From Nitrospirota bacterium (lineage in GTDB: Bacteria > Nitrospirota > Thermodesulfovibrionia > Thermodesulfovibrionales > JdFR-88): 51,614 bases of DNA. Numbering within the stretch: position 1 is the stretch's first letter; each line of letters begins with the position of its first letter. The stretch is taken from assembly GCA_021788025.1 (NCBI GenBank), contig JAJYLE010000002.1:1-51614 (forward strand), in the 5' to 3' direction. Below the pieces are notes generated by a model that ran no database searches, was not told the DNA's origin, and saw only the letters and a program-made list of their open reading frames with translations. The translations under genes and the position numbers were made by a program. Shown piece by piece: positions 1-10,111 of this stretch.

Positions 1-1120
1 CGTATTTTCCGGGATAGATGAAGCCCGCCTCGAACAGCAATTCCCAGAGGTCATCCGGATCCAGCTTAGAGTTGGAATTTTTTCTGTTCCTGGCGCGCTG
101 GAGCAGTGAGAATAGCTTGGACTGCTCTTTCAATTCCATGTCGAGAAATGCTATGCCGCCCCTCGATGACCCCTCACTGTTAGGTTCACTATAGACTACC
201 TGGCCATGGGATGTTATGTTTGTATTGCAGGCGAGCTGTATTTCAATGTCCGGAATTACGAGCCCCGGAAGCAACACCGGTGAATTCATTTGCTCTTCTG
301 TTGAAAAGCCGGTGCCTGAGATATCAAAAATCTCCAGATTCATGATCTTCCCGGTAAGCGGATGACGAAAACACGCGCTGAGCGGGGGGGTAATCTGCAC
401 CCTGGAACTGCGGAATTCCTTTTTTCTGTATCTGGGTATGTTTAATCTCTTGGGCCGGAGCACAAATACTTTGCTTTCGCGCTCTCCGCCCTCCCTGAAG
501 ATTTCACATTGCCCGGAATAGACCAGGCCTTCTGCTTTTTTAAGCAGCAGCATTACTGGGGCATCCAGATTGATCCACTTTGATTTTTTCAGGGATTCGC
601 CGTGCACAATCACGCTTAAAGAACCGGAATTGAAATCCCTGAGCACGCCCTCCAGGCAGGCAGCATTCTGTATGACTTCCGCCTTTATATCTTCCCCTTC
701 GCATTTGAACCGCCTGATTTTCCTTATATTCAGCTCCAGGCAGGTCTCAGGCAAAATAAAGCTTATACCTTCATCGTTTATCTCTTTTACGGAAGGGATG
801 GCAAAAAGGTTCTTTTTGCCGTTATCCAGGATCAGGTATTGAAACTGCATTGCCTTTAATTTGGCCAGGTTAGGTTTTTCCGTCCACGGGCAGTCAAGAA
901 AGTCCGAAAGGACAGGCGATGGCTTGACGTTTACCGAAAAGCTGGAGTTGAATTCCGGGTGCTTGAAATAAAGGACTATTTGCCCGCCCTGGAAATTTAC
1001 ATAGTTCAGGGCATTAATAAGACGTTTCTTGTCGGCGGCCTTTCCGTTTTCGGGGAATGCATCCCCGCCTTTTTGGCTGAGGACCAGCTGGGTATAAAGT
1101 TCAAGATCAGCATGTTGCAT
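1..1120 (-). CDS. PilZ-domain protein (c-di-GMP receptor-like), 3' end cut by the window edge
   Basis: The minus-strand frame is stop-free from ATG 1120 to the window edge (373 codons). It is absent from the ORF track because no stop lies inside the window. Manual translation gives MQHADLELYTQLV...PRYRKKEFRSSRVQITPPLSACFRHPLTGKIMNLEIFDISGTGFS...RGGIAFLDM. This is an Arg-rich patch followed by DxSxxG and the beta-barrel tail typical of PilZ. A degenerate second PilZ-like unit lies upstream (IRKIRRF...DFNSGSLSVIV). Confidence 0.6.
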   Translation of the reverse strand, partial: MQHADLELYTQLVLSQKGGDAFPENGKAADKKRLINALNYVNFQGGQIVLYFKHPEFNSSFSVNVKPSPVLSDFLDCPWTEKPNLAKLKAMQFQYLILDNGKKNLFAIPSVKEINDEGISFILPETCLELNIRKIRRFKCEGEDIKAEVIQNAACLEGVLRDFNSGSLSVIVHGESLKKSKWINLDAPVMLLLKKAEGLVYSGQCEIFREGGERESKVFVLRPKRLNIPRYRKKEFRSSRVQITPPLSACFRHPLTGKIMNLEIFDISGTGFSTEEQMNSPVLLPGLVIPDIEIQLACNTNITSHGQVVYSEPNSEGSSRGGIAFLDMELKEQSKLFSLLQRARNRKNSNSKLDPDDLWELLFEAGFIYPGKY

Positions 1121-1410
1121 TCAGATCACCCGCAATCCTTGCCGGAAAAAGGGAATAGCAAGCTGGAAGGATTTTTGAAACAGGAAAAAGGAGAGCACTG
1201 TTTATAGATTCTCTACCTTCCCCCCTCCCCAAATTATTGAAAAATATAATATTTTTCATTGAAATAAGTCAATAGAATATTTTTGTTTGCCATGGAGTTT
1301 TTGCTTTTCGCCGGTCATAACAGGCAATGTTGGCACTCGAAACACGAAGCCGTGCAGTTAAAACCGTATGCGCACCGGCGCAGGCCCGGACACATGAGGT
1401 AAAATACTGC

Positions 1411-3162
1411 ATGCGTAATCCAGCATCCGGCGGCATGGCCGGTTTCATGCCATTAATAAGACCTTACTGGAAGAGGGTGGCGGTTGCCGTTGTGTTAAGC
1501 CTGGGGGTGTCCGGGCTTAGCGCTTTTCTGGCCTGGATTGTAAAACCCATCATGGACGGCATACTGATACCAAAGAACTTCCAGAAGCTGAACTGGGTGC
1601 CCCTTGCAATCCTGGGTGTTTTTGCCGCCAGGGGCACGTTAAATTATTTTTACGAGTACCTGATGCAATCGGTGGGGCATAAACTTATCGCCGGATTGAG
1701 GGCCCGGCTTTACGACCATATGCTGGAGCTGCCGGTAAGCCATTTTAGCGAGGCCTCCACGGGCGGGATGATCTCGCGCGTGGTAAACGACACGGCCGCC
1801 ATCCAGAACGTGGTTGCCATTACATTCAAGCAGGTTGTAATAGAGACAGCCACAACCATCGCCCTTGTGGGATACCTCTTCTGGCTGCGGTGGGACCTGG
1901 CCCTGATAGCCGTTGTCCTTTTGCCCATGGCCCTTTTCGGCGTTGGAAGGCTTGCAAAAAGGCTAAGGCGCATAGGTATGCGCATACAGGAAAAGATATC
2001 TTTTATAACGGAGGACCTTTCGGAGAGCTTTACCGGGATAAGGCTAATAAAGGCCTTTGTGCGGGAGAAGACCGAGTCCAGGCGTTTCAGGGACAGGGTT
2101 TCGGACTTTTACAGGGAGAATATGAGAGCGGTCCGCCTGATCCAGCTTATAACCTTTGTAATGGAAATGTCCGGCGGCGTTTGCATTGCGCTTATAGTGT
2201 GGTATGGCAGCTCCCTTATTGTGCACGGCCGGTTTACGGTGGGCGGCTTTACGTCCTTCTTTGTGGCTGCCGGATTGGTATACACCCCTGTAAGGCGGCT
2301 TTCACGCGCCAACGCCGAGATACAGCAGGCAAGCGCTCCGCTTCAAAGGATACTGGATGCCCTTGATATTACTGCGGAGCCGCAGGACGGCGCTGAGGTG
2401 CAGGACATAAAAGAGTCAATCGAATACCGTAACGTAAGCTTCACTTATGCCTCATGCCCCGGCAAGGCCCTGGACGGCATAAGCTTCAAGGCGGCCCCAG
2501 GCGAAACGGTGGCCATCGTTGGGGCCAGCGGCAGCGGCAAATCTACGCTGATGAGCCTTTTGCCAAGGTTTTACGAGCCCACCAGCGGCCAGATACTTAT
2601 GGATGGCAAAAACATAGCCTCTTTCAGGCTCAAGTCCCTCAGAACTCTTTTCGGGATAGTCACCCAGGATGTGGTGCTGTTTAACACCAATGTGCGGGAC
2701 AATATTGCGTTTGCGGACGGCGCATTTTCAGACGAAGATATAAAGAACGCGGCCAGGGCGGCTTACGCCCACGATTTTATAATGGAGCTTCCGGAGGGAT
2801 ACGATACGAAGATAGGAGAAAAGGGCGTAAAGCTTTCGGGCGGGCAGAGGCAAAGGATTTCCATAGCCCGCGCCGTCCTTAAAAACCCCCCGGTATTGAT
2901 ACTGGATGAAGCAACAAGCTCGCTGGATTCATCCTCGGAGGCCATTGTGCAGATGGCGCTTGAAAACCTGATGCGGGACCGCACCACGTTCATTATAGCC
3001 CACCGGCTTTCCACAATCAAGAAGGCATCAAAGATACTTGTGCTGGAAAAAGGCGTACTGAAAGCCATTGGAACTCATGAGCAACTGCTTGCCTCCAGCC
3101 CCGAATACAAGAGGATCTACGACGCCCAGTTCGGTTTTGAGGACAAAAGCGGGAAGGTTTGA
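1411..3162 (+). CDS. msbA: ABC transporter, fused permease/ATPase, MsbA-like lipid A/lipid exporter
   Basis: Six-TM ABC exporter domain followed by Walker A GASGSGKST, signature LSGGQRQR and Walker B LILDEATS. The ORF opens at 1327, but ATG 1411 is preceded by GAGG. ATG 1435 and 1447 are also possible starts. The gene neighbours LPS-type glycosyltransferases. Confidence 0.85.
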   Translation: MRNPASGGMAGFMPLIRPYWKRVAVAVVLSLGVSGLSAFLAWIVKPIMDGILIPKNFQKLNWVPLAILGVFAARGTLNYFYEYLMQSVGHKLIAGLRARLYDHMLELPVSHFSEASTGGMISRVVNDTAAIQNVVAITFKQVVIETATTIALVGYLFWLRWDLALIAVVLLPMALFGVGRLAKRLRRIGMRIQEKISFITEDLSESFTGIRLIKAFVREKTESRRFRDRVSDFYRENMRAVRLIQLITFVMEMSGGVCIALIVWYGSSLIVHGRFTVGGFTSFFVAAGLVYTPVRRLSRANAEIQQASAPLQRILDALDITAEPQDGAEVQDIKESIEYRNVSFTYASCPGKALDGISFKAAPGETVAIVGASGSGKSTLMSLLPRFYEPTSGQILMDGKNIASFRLKSLRTLFGIVTQDVVLFNTNVRDNIAFADGAFSDEDIKNAARAAYAHDFIMELPEGYDTKIGEKGVKLSGGQRQRISIARAVLKNPPVLILDEATSSLDSSSEAIVQMALENLMRDRTTFIIAHRLSTIKKASKILVLEKGVLKAIGTHEQLLASSPEYKRIYDAQFGFEDKSGKV

Positions 3163-3240
3163 TCTACGGTCACGCTATTATGTTTATGAGCAGGCAATCT
3201 TTCTCGTTTCTTTTCGCGTGGCAGTGTTCGTCAGAAAAAA

Positions 3241-3993
3241 TCAACGGCTTCTTTGAAGTTCCAGCAGCTTCGCGTACTTGAAAAACGACCCCGCGCCCTT
3301 TAGCAGGGCAGACACAAAGCCGTCAAAGCCGTCCAGAAATCCAAGTTTAACAAAGTAGGTTCTCAAGAACATCCATGATGCGCGTGATACGGCGGAAACC
3401 GGGCTGGTGCGCTTCCCCCTGGAGAACATGTCTTCGGCTATCAGGGAAGAATAACGGTTAAGCGTGTCCAGCATGTCCGCGTAATTTTCAAACGGGCGGT
3501 GCTCGATGGGGCAATCCAAAGCGGCTATGCGGCCTGAATCGGGCGCCCAGGATTCATGGACTATCGAGTTGAACTTGCCGTGGCCGCCCCTTACAAGCCT
3601 GGTCTGCCTGTCTGGCCAGGAGTCGCCGTGGCGCAGCCACCGGCCATGAAGATAGTTTTTCCTGGGGAAAGAGTAAGCGCCCACGCCGGGGTTAATAATG
3701 GCGGACGATATAACATGAGCAGTTTCCGCAGGCAAAACCTCGTCACAGTCTATTAACAGCACCCATTCATTGGAGCACTTTTCCACCGCGCTTTGCTTTT
3801 GCGGGCCAAACCCTTTCCAGCGCTCCCGGAATATTTCGCACCTGAACTCCCTGGCGATGGCCTCCGTGGCGTCATTTGTGCGGGTATCCAGCACTATGAC
3901 TATCTCGGAAAAGTCCTTTACGGACTCCAGACAGGCGCGGATGCGCTTTTCCTCGTTAAAGGCGATGATGGCAACGGAAGCAGGGATTTTCAT
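3241..3993 (-). CDS. Family 2 glycosyltransferase, WaaE/KdtX-like (LPS core type)
   Basis: VAIIAFNEEKRIRACLESV...IVIVLDTRTNDAT...LLIDCDEV (GT2 DxD region). I chose ATG 3993 because it forms an ATGA overlap with the stop of the upstream GT2 gene. The track ORF extends to 4038. Confidence 0.8.
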   Translation of the reverse strand: MKIPASVAIIAFNEEKRIRACLESVKDFSEIVIVLDTRTNDATEAIAREFRCEIFRERWKGFGPQKQSAVEKCSNEWVLLIDCDEVLPAETAHVISSAIINPGVGAYSFPRKNYLHGRWLRHGDSWPDRQTRLVRGGHGKFNSIVHESWAPDSGRIAALDCPIEHRPFENYADMLDTLNRYSSLIAEDMFSRGKRTSPVSAVSRASWMFLRTYFVKLGFLDGFDGFVSALLKGAGSFFKYAKLLELQRSR

Positions 3994-4964
3994 TTCCCGG
4001 ACATCCCCCACGACGCCGGGCGGCCTAGCAGGTGCCAAACCAGAAGAGTGCCATAAAGCTGGGCCTTATTTGTTCTTTTTTGAGATGGCCGCAAATAAAC
4101 GAGCGCAAAAAGCCATGGCACAATATTCAGCGCAAGCCCAACCGCTGCCTTTACAAGAAGCCCGGCTGTCAATACAATGCGGGCTGTTATAGACCAATGC
4201 TTTCTGGCGTAGATGTACCTTGCCCTCCAGTATTCTATGCGGGAGCGCACCGGCACTTTCCCTGCGCTTTGCCCCTGCAAATGATAGATACGCGCCTGTG
4301 GTACATGATATACCTTGAACCCATTCTTTTGGAACCGCAGGCACCAGTCCGTTTCTTCGAAGAAGAAGAAATAATCCTCATCCAGAAGGCCCACGGCATC
4401 CATCGCGCTCTTTCTTACCATCATGCAGGCCCCTATAACAGAATCTACCGGCACAGGCGAGGCGAAGACTGTTTCCTTGCCAGGATATTTCGAGGGGGCC
4501 AGCCGCCTTAATACGCTTTTATTTGTCAGCTCGGTAAGAAGTGAAGGGAAGGGTGCAATCGAGTTCTGGGGGGTGCCGTCCGCGTTTAAAAGCTGTCCGC
4601 TGCACAGGGCGGCATCGGGCGTTTGCTCCATGAAATCCGCCATGGCGTCTATCGCGCCATCGCAAAGCACAACATCCGAATTAAGCAGCACGGCGTACCT
4701 GGATTCTATCAGGCGCATGGCAGGGTTCATGGCCCCGGCAAATCCGGCGTTTCTTCTATTTTCGATAATCCGGATATTGTGGGCCGGTGAGGGGAACGTC
4801 TCTTTGACTGCATTAACGCTTCCGTCCACGCTGCCGTTGTCCACCACCCAAATCTCATACGGATAATTGCGGACCGTTTTGCCAATAGATCCGATGCAGC
4901 CCAGGAGCAGGTCCTTTGTGTTCCAGTTCAGGATTATGAAGGAGACGGCGGGGTTGGCGCCCAA
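3990..4964 (-). CDS. Family 2 glycosyltransferase (rhamnosyltransferase-like)
   Basis: VSFIILNWNTKDLLLGCIGSI...IWVVDNGSVDGS...LLNSDVV, plus FFFFEETDWCLR, which is typical of GT2 group 2 enzymes. Confidence 0.85.
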   Translation of the reverse strand: MGANPAVSFIILNWNTKDLLLGCIGSIGKTVRNYPYEIWVVDNGSVDGSVNAVKETFPSPAHNIRIIENRRNAGFAGAMNPAMRLIESRYAVLLNSDVVLCDGAIDAMADFMEQTPDAALCSGQLLNADGTPQNSIAPFPSLLTELTNKSVLRRLAPSKYPGKETVFASPVPVDSVIGACMMVRKSAMDAVGLLDEDYFFFFEETDWCLRFQKNGFKVYHVPQARIYHLQGQSAGKVPVRSRIEYWRARYIYARKHWSITARIVLTAGLLVKAAVGLALNIVPWLFALVYLRPSQKRTNKAQLYGTLLVWHLLGRPASWGMSGK

Positions 4965-4966
4965 GC

Positions 4967-5698
4967 TCAGAAGGTGCCCTGCTTCAGTATGGCCTTTATG
5001 GCCCCGATCTTGGTGCCCGTTTCAAGCATCACCGGCACGCGCTTGTCATCGTCGGTAAGCCAGATGTATATCTTGCCTTTTTTGGCGAATATGCCTTCGG
5101 ATTTAAGGATTGGGTTTACAAGTATTGTATTGAAGGAGCCAACCCACGTGTTGACGCGCTCTTTCCGGATTACCCTTACCTTAACGTCGTAAACCTTTTT
5201 GCTGTCGAATATCTTCACGTATACCGGCTTGCCGATTTCAAGCGGGATGGTCCTCAGGTAGTAGAAGCTGGAAAGGGGGTCCAGTATTCCGGGCGGCGTG
5301 TCGAACGTTTCTTTATCCTTGTCCTCGTAATCGATGTAAGTGGTCTTTAACATCTGGTTTTGCGGGAAGAGGTACTCCTTGTTCTTCCTGGTATGGCCCT
5401 CGTGGACCTTGATACGGTATTCCAGCGGTGTAAGGGAGCCCTTGCGCACAATGCTTACCGCCCTGTCGTCCACCGTATAGAACAGCGATATAAATTTGGC
5501 TGAATGCGCTTCGGATACTATTTTGTATTCAGAGTTCCCGGTGTCGGTTATGGTGAGGCTGGAATCCCCCGCGTGTATCCCGTTCCAGACAAGCTGGTAT
5601 TGCAGGGTTTCGGGCACCTTGAAGAAAGAGTCCCCCCTTGAAGGGACGGCTATGGCAACCAGTAAAAAGGAAAGGAGAGCGGCGAACTTCAATTTCAT
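4967..5698 (-). CDS. Secreted DUF3108-like protein
   Basis: Signal peptide MKLKFAALLSFLLVAIAV, then YQLVWNGIHAGDSSLTI and a beta-rich body resembling DUF3108 proteins. Start taken at the MKLKF Met. Confidence 0.5.
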   Translation of the reverse strand: MKLKFAALLSFLLVAIAVPSRGDSFFKVPETLQYQLVWNGIHAGDSSLTITDTGNSEYKIVSEAHSAKFISLFYTVDDRAVSIVRKGSLTPLEYRIKVHEGHTRKNKEYLFPQNQMLKTTYIDYEDKDKETFDTPPGILDPLSSFYYLRTIPLEIGKPVYVKIFDSKKVYDVKVRVIRKERVNTWVGSFNTILVNPILKSEGIFAKKGKIYIWLTDDDKRVPVMLETGTKIGAIKAILKQGTF

Positions 5699-5756
5699 AT
5701 ATCGGCACACCTTTTCATTACAAACTAAAACTGCCCGTTTATATTATTATAAACGA

Positions 5757-6482
5757 ATGCTGATTATTCCCGCGATAGACCTTAAGGACGGCAGGTGCGT
5801 CCGGCTTCTGCAGGGCAGGGCAGAGGACTCCACCGTCTATTCCGAGGACCCGGCAGGCACGGCCAGAAAATGGGCCGGCATGGGGGCGGAGCTTCTGCAC
5901 GTTGTGGACCTTGACGGCGCTTTCTCCGGCGCGCAGGCCAACCTTGAAGGCATCCGGCAGATAAGAAAAGCCATAGACATCCCCATAGAGGTTGGCGGCG
6001 GCATAAGGAATATGGAAGCCATAGACGGGCTTGTTTCCATGGGAATAGACAGGGTGATTATCGGCACGGCAGCGGTAAAGGACCCCCGCCTGCTCAAGGC
6101 CGCATGCGACAAATATCCCGGGAAAGTGCTTGTTGGCATAGACGCCAACAACGGCAAAGTGGCCATTAAGGGCTGGGTGGAAACAACCGGGGTGGACGCC
6201 CTGGAACTGGCAGGCAGAATGGCTGAAGCCGGGGCTGCCGGCATCATATATACGGACATAGCAAGGGACGGGATGCTCTCCGGCCCCAATATCGGGGCGA
6301 TGAAGAAGATGGCCTCGCATGTGAATGTCCCGGTTATCGCTTCGGGCGGAATTTCCAATATAAAAGACGTGGAAAATCTGGTAGCGGCGGGCAATATCTG
6401 GGGGGCGATCACCGGCAAGGCGATCTATACCGGCTCCCTGGATTTAAAGGCCGCGATAGGACTTGCGAAAGGAAAAAGCTGA
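5757..6482 (+). CDS. hisA: 1-(5-phosphoribosyl)-5-[(5-phosphoribosylamino)methylideneamino]imidazole-4-carboxamide isomerase
   Basis: [20 protein letters not shown]...HVVDLDGA...IEVGGGIR...VIASGGIS. The track ORF starts at 5496, but that extension is antisense to the neighbouring gene. Confidence 0.93.
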   Translation: MLIIPAIDLKDGRCVRLLQGRAEDSTVYSEDPAGTARKWAGMGAELLHVVDLDGAFSGAQANLEGIRQIRKAIDIPIEVGGGIRNMEAIDGLVSMGIDRVIIGTAAVKDPRLLKAACDKYPGKVLVGIDANNGKVAIKGWVETTGVDALELAGRMAEAGAAGIIYTDIARDGMLSGPNIGAMKKMASHVNVPVIASGGISNIKDVENLVAAGNIWGAITGKAIYTGSLDLKAAIGLAKGKS

Positions 6483-6484
6483 AA

Positions 6485-7309
6485 ATGCTTGCAAAGCGCA
6501 TAATCCCCTGCCTGGACGTTAAGGACGGGCGTGTGGTAAAAGGTGTCAGCTTCGTAAACCTGCGGGATGCGGGCGACCCGGTTGAAAACGCCGTTTTTTA
6601 TGACGAGCAGGGCGCGGACGAACTGGTTTTCCTGGACATCACGGCATCTCACGAGAAAAGAAACATCATAATAGACGTGGTGCAGAGGACGGCGGAGCGT
6701 GTGTTCATGCCTTTTACCGTGGGCGGGGGCATCAAGGACCTGGACGATATAAGGACACTGCTTAAGGCCGGAAGTGACAAGGTGTCCATAAATACTTCTG
6801 CTGTTAAGGACCCCGAATTCATTCGCGATGCGGCCAGGCGGTTCGGCTCCCAGTGCATTGTAGTGGCCATAGACGCCAAAAGACATATGGCAGGCGCGCA
6901 AAGGGGCAATCCGCCCGCATGGGCCAATGGCCATCCAAGCCTGCTTACGGGCGAAGGCGATTCGTGGGAAGTCTATATCCACGGCGGCCGCACCCCGATG
7001 GGGCTGGACGCTGTGAAATGGGCCGTTTACATGCAGGAATTGGGGGCGGGCGAGATACTTTTAACCAGCATGGACCGCGACGGCACCAAGGACGGCTATG
7101 ACATAGGGCTTACGCGGGCTGTCTCGGAAGCCGTTTCCATCCCGGTGATAGCATCCGGCGGGGCCGGAAACCTGGAGCATCTTTATCATGGGCTGGCCGA
7201 GGGGAAAGCGGACGCCGTGCTTGCCGCTTCCATATTCCATTACAGGGAATACTCCATCCGCCAGGCCAAGGAATACCTTAGAGATAAAGGCTTACCGGTA
7301 AGGCTGTAA
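6485..7309 (+). CDS. hisF: Imidazole glycerol phosphate synthase, cyclase subunit
   Basis: [22 protein letters not shown]...[11 protein letters not shown]...FTVGGGI...VIASGGAG. The start lies 2 nt after the hisA stop. Confidence 0.93.
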   Translation: MLAKRIIPCLDVKDGRVVKGVSFVNLRDAGDPVENAVFYDEQGADELVFLDITASHEKRNIIIDVVQRTAERVFMPFTVGGGIKDLDDIRTLLKAGSDKVSINTSAVKDPEFIRDAARRFGSQCIVVAIDAKRHMAGAQRGNPPAWANGHPSLLTGEGDSWEVYIHGGRTPMGLDAVKWAVYMQELGAGEILLTSMDRDGTKDGYDIGLTRAVSEAVSIPVIASGGAGNLEHLYHGLAEGKADAVLAASIFHYREYSIRQAKEYLRDKGLPVRL

Positions 7310-7359
7310 TTAAAAAAATCCGTGTTCGTTTTTAACGGCAAACGAATCACTTTTTGCGA

Positions 7360-8751
7360 ATGACGGTACTTATGGACATCCCCGGCCAAGTTAAAAAAAC
7401 AATAGACACCCATTCGATGCTCTCACGCGAAGGGGGCAACGGAGTTCTCATTGGCCTGTCCGGCGGGGCGGACTCGGTTTGCCTGATGGTTGTGCTCTCC
7501 AGGCTTAAAGACGAGTACGGGCTTAAACTTCACGCCGTCTATATAGACCATGGGCTGAGGCCTGATGAAACCCCGGGCGAGGCCGCGTTTGCCAAAAACC
7601 TGTGCCAGTCTTTGGGCGTTGAATTCCATACGGAAAAGATAAACGTGATCTCATATGCCGAAAAAGAGGGGCTTGGCAAGCAGGAGGCCGCGCGCGAGCT
7701 GAGGTACAAGGCATTTGATTCATGGCTTGTACGTCTTGGGCTTGCAAAAATAGCCGTGGCGCACAATGCGGACGACCAGGCTGAAACGTTCCTCATGCGT
7801 TTTTTAAGAGGCGCCGGCCCGAAAGGCCTGTCTGCAATTCCGCCCGTTAGAGGAAAGATCATCAGGCCGCTTATAGAAACGCCCAGGGCTGAAATAGAAG
7901 AATTCCTTGGCCGCGAAGAGATCGGTTATATCACGGACCCGTCCAACCTGAAGGAGGATTATCTTAGAAACAGGATAAGGCTTTCCGTTGTTCCGGTTTT
8001 AAAGGAGATAAACCCTTCATTTGTATCCGCGGCAACAAGGACGGCTAACGTGCTGGCCGAAGAGGAACGTTATTTTGAGTCCGTGGTGCTAAAAACCATT
8101 ATGCGCCTGCTTCACAATAAAGCTGATGGCGAAGTGGAATTTTTTTTGTCCCCGCTTGAATCCCTGGACATCGTGATATTAAGAAGGGTTTTAAGAAAGA
8201 TGCTGGACATTACCGCCGGGCTAAGGGGCGTTGAGTTTACGCACATAGAGGACATTATAAAACTTGTGAAAAAGGGCGCCCCCGGAGACAGGATAAACCT
8301 TCCCCACGGCGTTCGCGCAATAAAGAAATATTCCACGTTCCTGATAACCACAAAGGTGCCGTCCAGGGTAGAACCGGCCAACATGGAAGGGCCGGGCGAG
8401 CTTGAGGTGCCGGGAACGGGAAAGATAATAAAAGTGTATTTTGCGGAAAAGGGCTTTCAACCGGGAGAACCAAAAAAAACATATCTGTTCGATGCGGACA
8501 GGGTGAGTTTCCCGCTTGTCATAAGGGCCAGGCAGGACGGAGACTTCTTCTGCCCCGCAGGGCTTGCGGGCAGCCGCAAAAAACTTCAGGATTTCTTTGT
8601 TGACGAAAAGGTGCCAAGGGACCAGCGGGATGCCGTGCCGCTGATAATTTCGGGGGAAGACATTATGCTTGTTTGCGGGATGCGGGCCGATGAGCGCTTC
8701 AAACCTACGGACGAAACACGGCGGTTATTGGTTATTGAATGCAGGGTTTAA
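7360..8751 (+). CDS. tilS: tRNA(Ile)-lysidine synthetase
   Basis: PP-loop motif LSGGADSVCL, then HAVYIDHGLRP and VAHNADDQAETFLMR. Start is ambiguous: TTG 7354, ATG 7360 or ATG 7372. Confidence 0.88.
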   Translation: MTVLMDIPGQVKKTIDTHSMLSREGGNGVLIGLSGGADSVCLMVVLSRLKDEYGLKLHAVYIDHGLRPDETPGEAAFAKNLCQSLGVEFHTEKINVISYAEKEGLGKQEAARELRYKAFDSWLVRLGLAKIAVAHNADDQAETFLMRFLRGAGPKGLSAIPPVRGKIIRPLIETPRAEIEEFLGREEIGYITDPSNLKEDYLRNRIRLSVVPVLKEINPSFVSAATRTANVLAEEERYFESVVLKTIMRLLHNKADGEVEFFLSPLESLDIVILRRVLRKMLDITAGLRGVEFTHIEDIIKLVKKGAPGDRINLPHGVRAIKKYSTFLITTKVPSRVEPANMEGPGELEVPGTGKIIKVYFAEKGFQPGEPKKTYLFDADRVSFPLVIRARQDGDFFCPAGLAGSRKKLQDFFVDEKVPRDQRDAVPLIISGEDIMLVCGMRADERFKPTDETRRLLVIECRV

Positions 8752-8752
8752 G

Positions 8753-8814
8753 CAAAATCAACCTGAAAGGCTATTAAAAGAAATCATTTTTATCCGCAAG
8801 AAGGCCTGAAGAAC
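8753..8814 (+). repeat. Copy A of a ~64-bp imperfect direct repeat
   Basis: caaaatcaacctgaaaggctatt..gcctgaagaac aligns with 10112-10175. By hand I count 52 identical positions in 64 columns, with one 2-nt gap. Confidence 0.8.
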
Positions 8815-8819
8815 AGTTT

Positions 8820-9944
8820 TTATTCCGGCACTGCGTAGGCCTTTATCCTTGCAAGTCTTTTGCCCTTTACCCCAAGTTCCTCAATCCGCCTGATCTTGCC
8901 AAAGCCTCTTGCCTCTATTATTTTCTGCGCCGTATCCGGCCCCAGCCCCGGCACTTTCAGCAGAGCCTCCTTAGTGGCCGTATTTAACCGGACGGGAAAA
9001 AACTCCGGGTGATTGTCCGCCCAGACCTCTTTGGGGTCCTTGTCCATACTCAGGTTGCCGTCCGGGCCAAACAGGATATCGTCTTTTTTAAAGCCGTATT
9101 TGCGGCAAAGGAAATCGGCCTGGTAAAGGCGGTGCTCGCGAACAAGCGCATCGTTCTTCCGCGGCGCAAATGGTTTCATCTCGCCTGGTATATCCGGCTC
9201 CCCAAGGCCGCGCTGATACGCGGAGAAATAGACCCGTTTGAAATTCATCTCCCCGTAAAGGCTGTACATGGAGCCCACTATCTCGTAGTCCGTTTCGTCA
9301 GACGCGCCCACTATGAACTGCGTGGTGCATTTGACGCGCTGGTACCGCCTGCCCCGCGCGGTAAGCCCTCCCATAAGACGGATTGGCCTTATTATGTCCG
9401 TCAGGTAATCCTTGCCGGCCGAAATCCTGTCCGAGTGTTTTTTGCCGGGCGTTTCGATATTCAGGGAAACGGCTGTGGCAAGCGATAGTGAATCCTCTAT
9501 GGCGGCATCGGAGGCGCCGGGTATTACTTTAAGATGTATATATCCCTTGAAGCCGTAACCGTACCTGAGTATCCTTGCGGCGGCGTTTATCCTGTCCATG
9601 GTGGCATCGGCGCTGCCCATTATGCCGGAACTGAGGAACAGGCCAAAGGCCATCCGCCTTTCGTAATACTGCATGAACACGCGGGCCACTTCATCGGGGG
9701 CAAGCGTGCACCTTCTTATGTCCGTTTTGGCCCTTAGCGGGCAGTATTTGCATCCGCCGGAGCAGGCGTTTGAAAGCAGGGTTTTAAGAAGGATTGTCTG
9801 TCCGCCGCCGGGCAAGGCAACAGGGTACAGCCATTTGCCATCCAGCCCGCGCTTCCTATGGCCGGTTTTGGTGGTGCCGCAGGCGCATGCAAGATCATAC
9901 TGGGAATCGGCGGAAAGGATTTTAAGCTTCTCTACTGTGTCCAT
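8820..9944 (-). CDS. Putative DNA modification/repair radical SAM protein with C-terminal helix-hairpin-helix
   Basis: MDTVEKLKILSADSQYDLACACG..., radical SAM triad CSGGCKYC and C-terminal HhH LLKVPGLGPDTAQKIIEARGF. Start is at Met 9944. The track ORF runs to 10160 through low-complexity sequence. Confidence 0.8.
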   Translation of the reverse strand: MDTVEKLKILSADSQYDLACACGTTKTGHRKRGLDGKWLYPVALPGGGQTILLKTLLSNACSGGCKYCPLRAKTDIRRCTLAPDEVARVFMQYYERRMAFGLFLSSGIMGSADATMDRINAAARILRYGYGFKGYIHLKVIPGASDAAIEDSLSLATAVSLNIETPGKKHSDRISAGKDYLTDIIRPIRLMGGLTARGRRYQRVKCTTQFIVGASDETDYEIVGSMYSLYGEMNFKRVYFSAYQRGLGEPDIPGEMKPFAPRKNDALVREHRLYQADFLCRKYGFKKDDILFGPDGNLSMDKDPKEVWADNHPEFFPVRLNTATKEALLKVPGLGPDTAQKIIEARGFGKIRRIEELGVKGKRLARIKAYAVPE

Positions 9945-10111
9945 AGGCAAAACCGCGAAAATTATATCATATATGCTTATGATAAAAAAAAGGTAAAAGA
10001 AAGAAATGAAGCATATAAGGCCGTATAAATTTATAATGGCTCTGCTGGGTTTCCTGTGGGGCAACTTTATTTGCGGCGTTCGCCGGTATGCCTGAATCTG
10101 CCCGTTTCGTT

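Noticed and set aside
570-1207. Two plus-strand track ORFs (570-842 and 959-1207).
   Set aside because: Both lie antisense to the open-ended PilZ gene, which has clear motifs. They have no SD and odd composition.
5496-5756. N-terminal 87-codon extension of the hisA ORF.
   Set aside because: It overlaps the DUF3108 gene in antisense. Canonical HisA begins at MLIIPAIDL (5757).
8739-8751. A 13-mer aatgcagggttta shared with 14928-14940.
   Set aside because: A single exact 13-mer match is within chance expectation for a window of this size. The flanks do not align.
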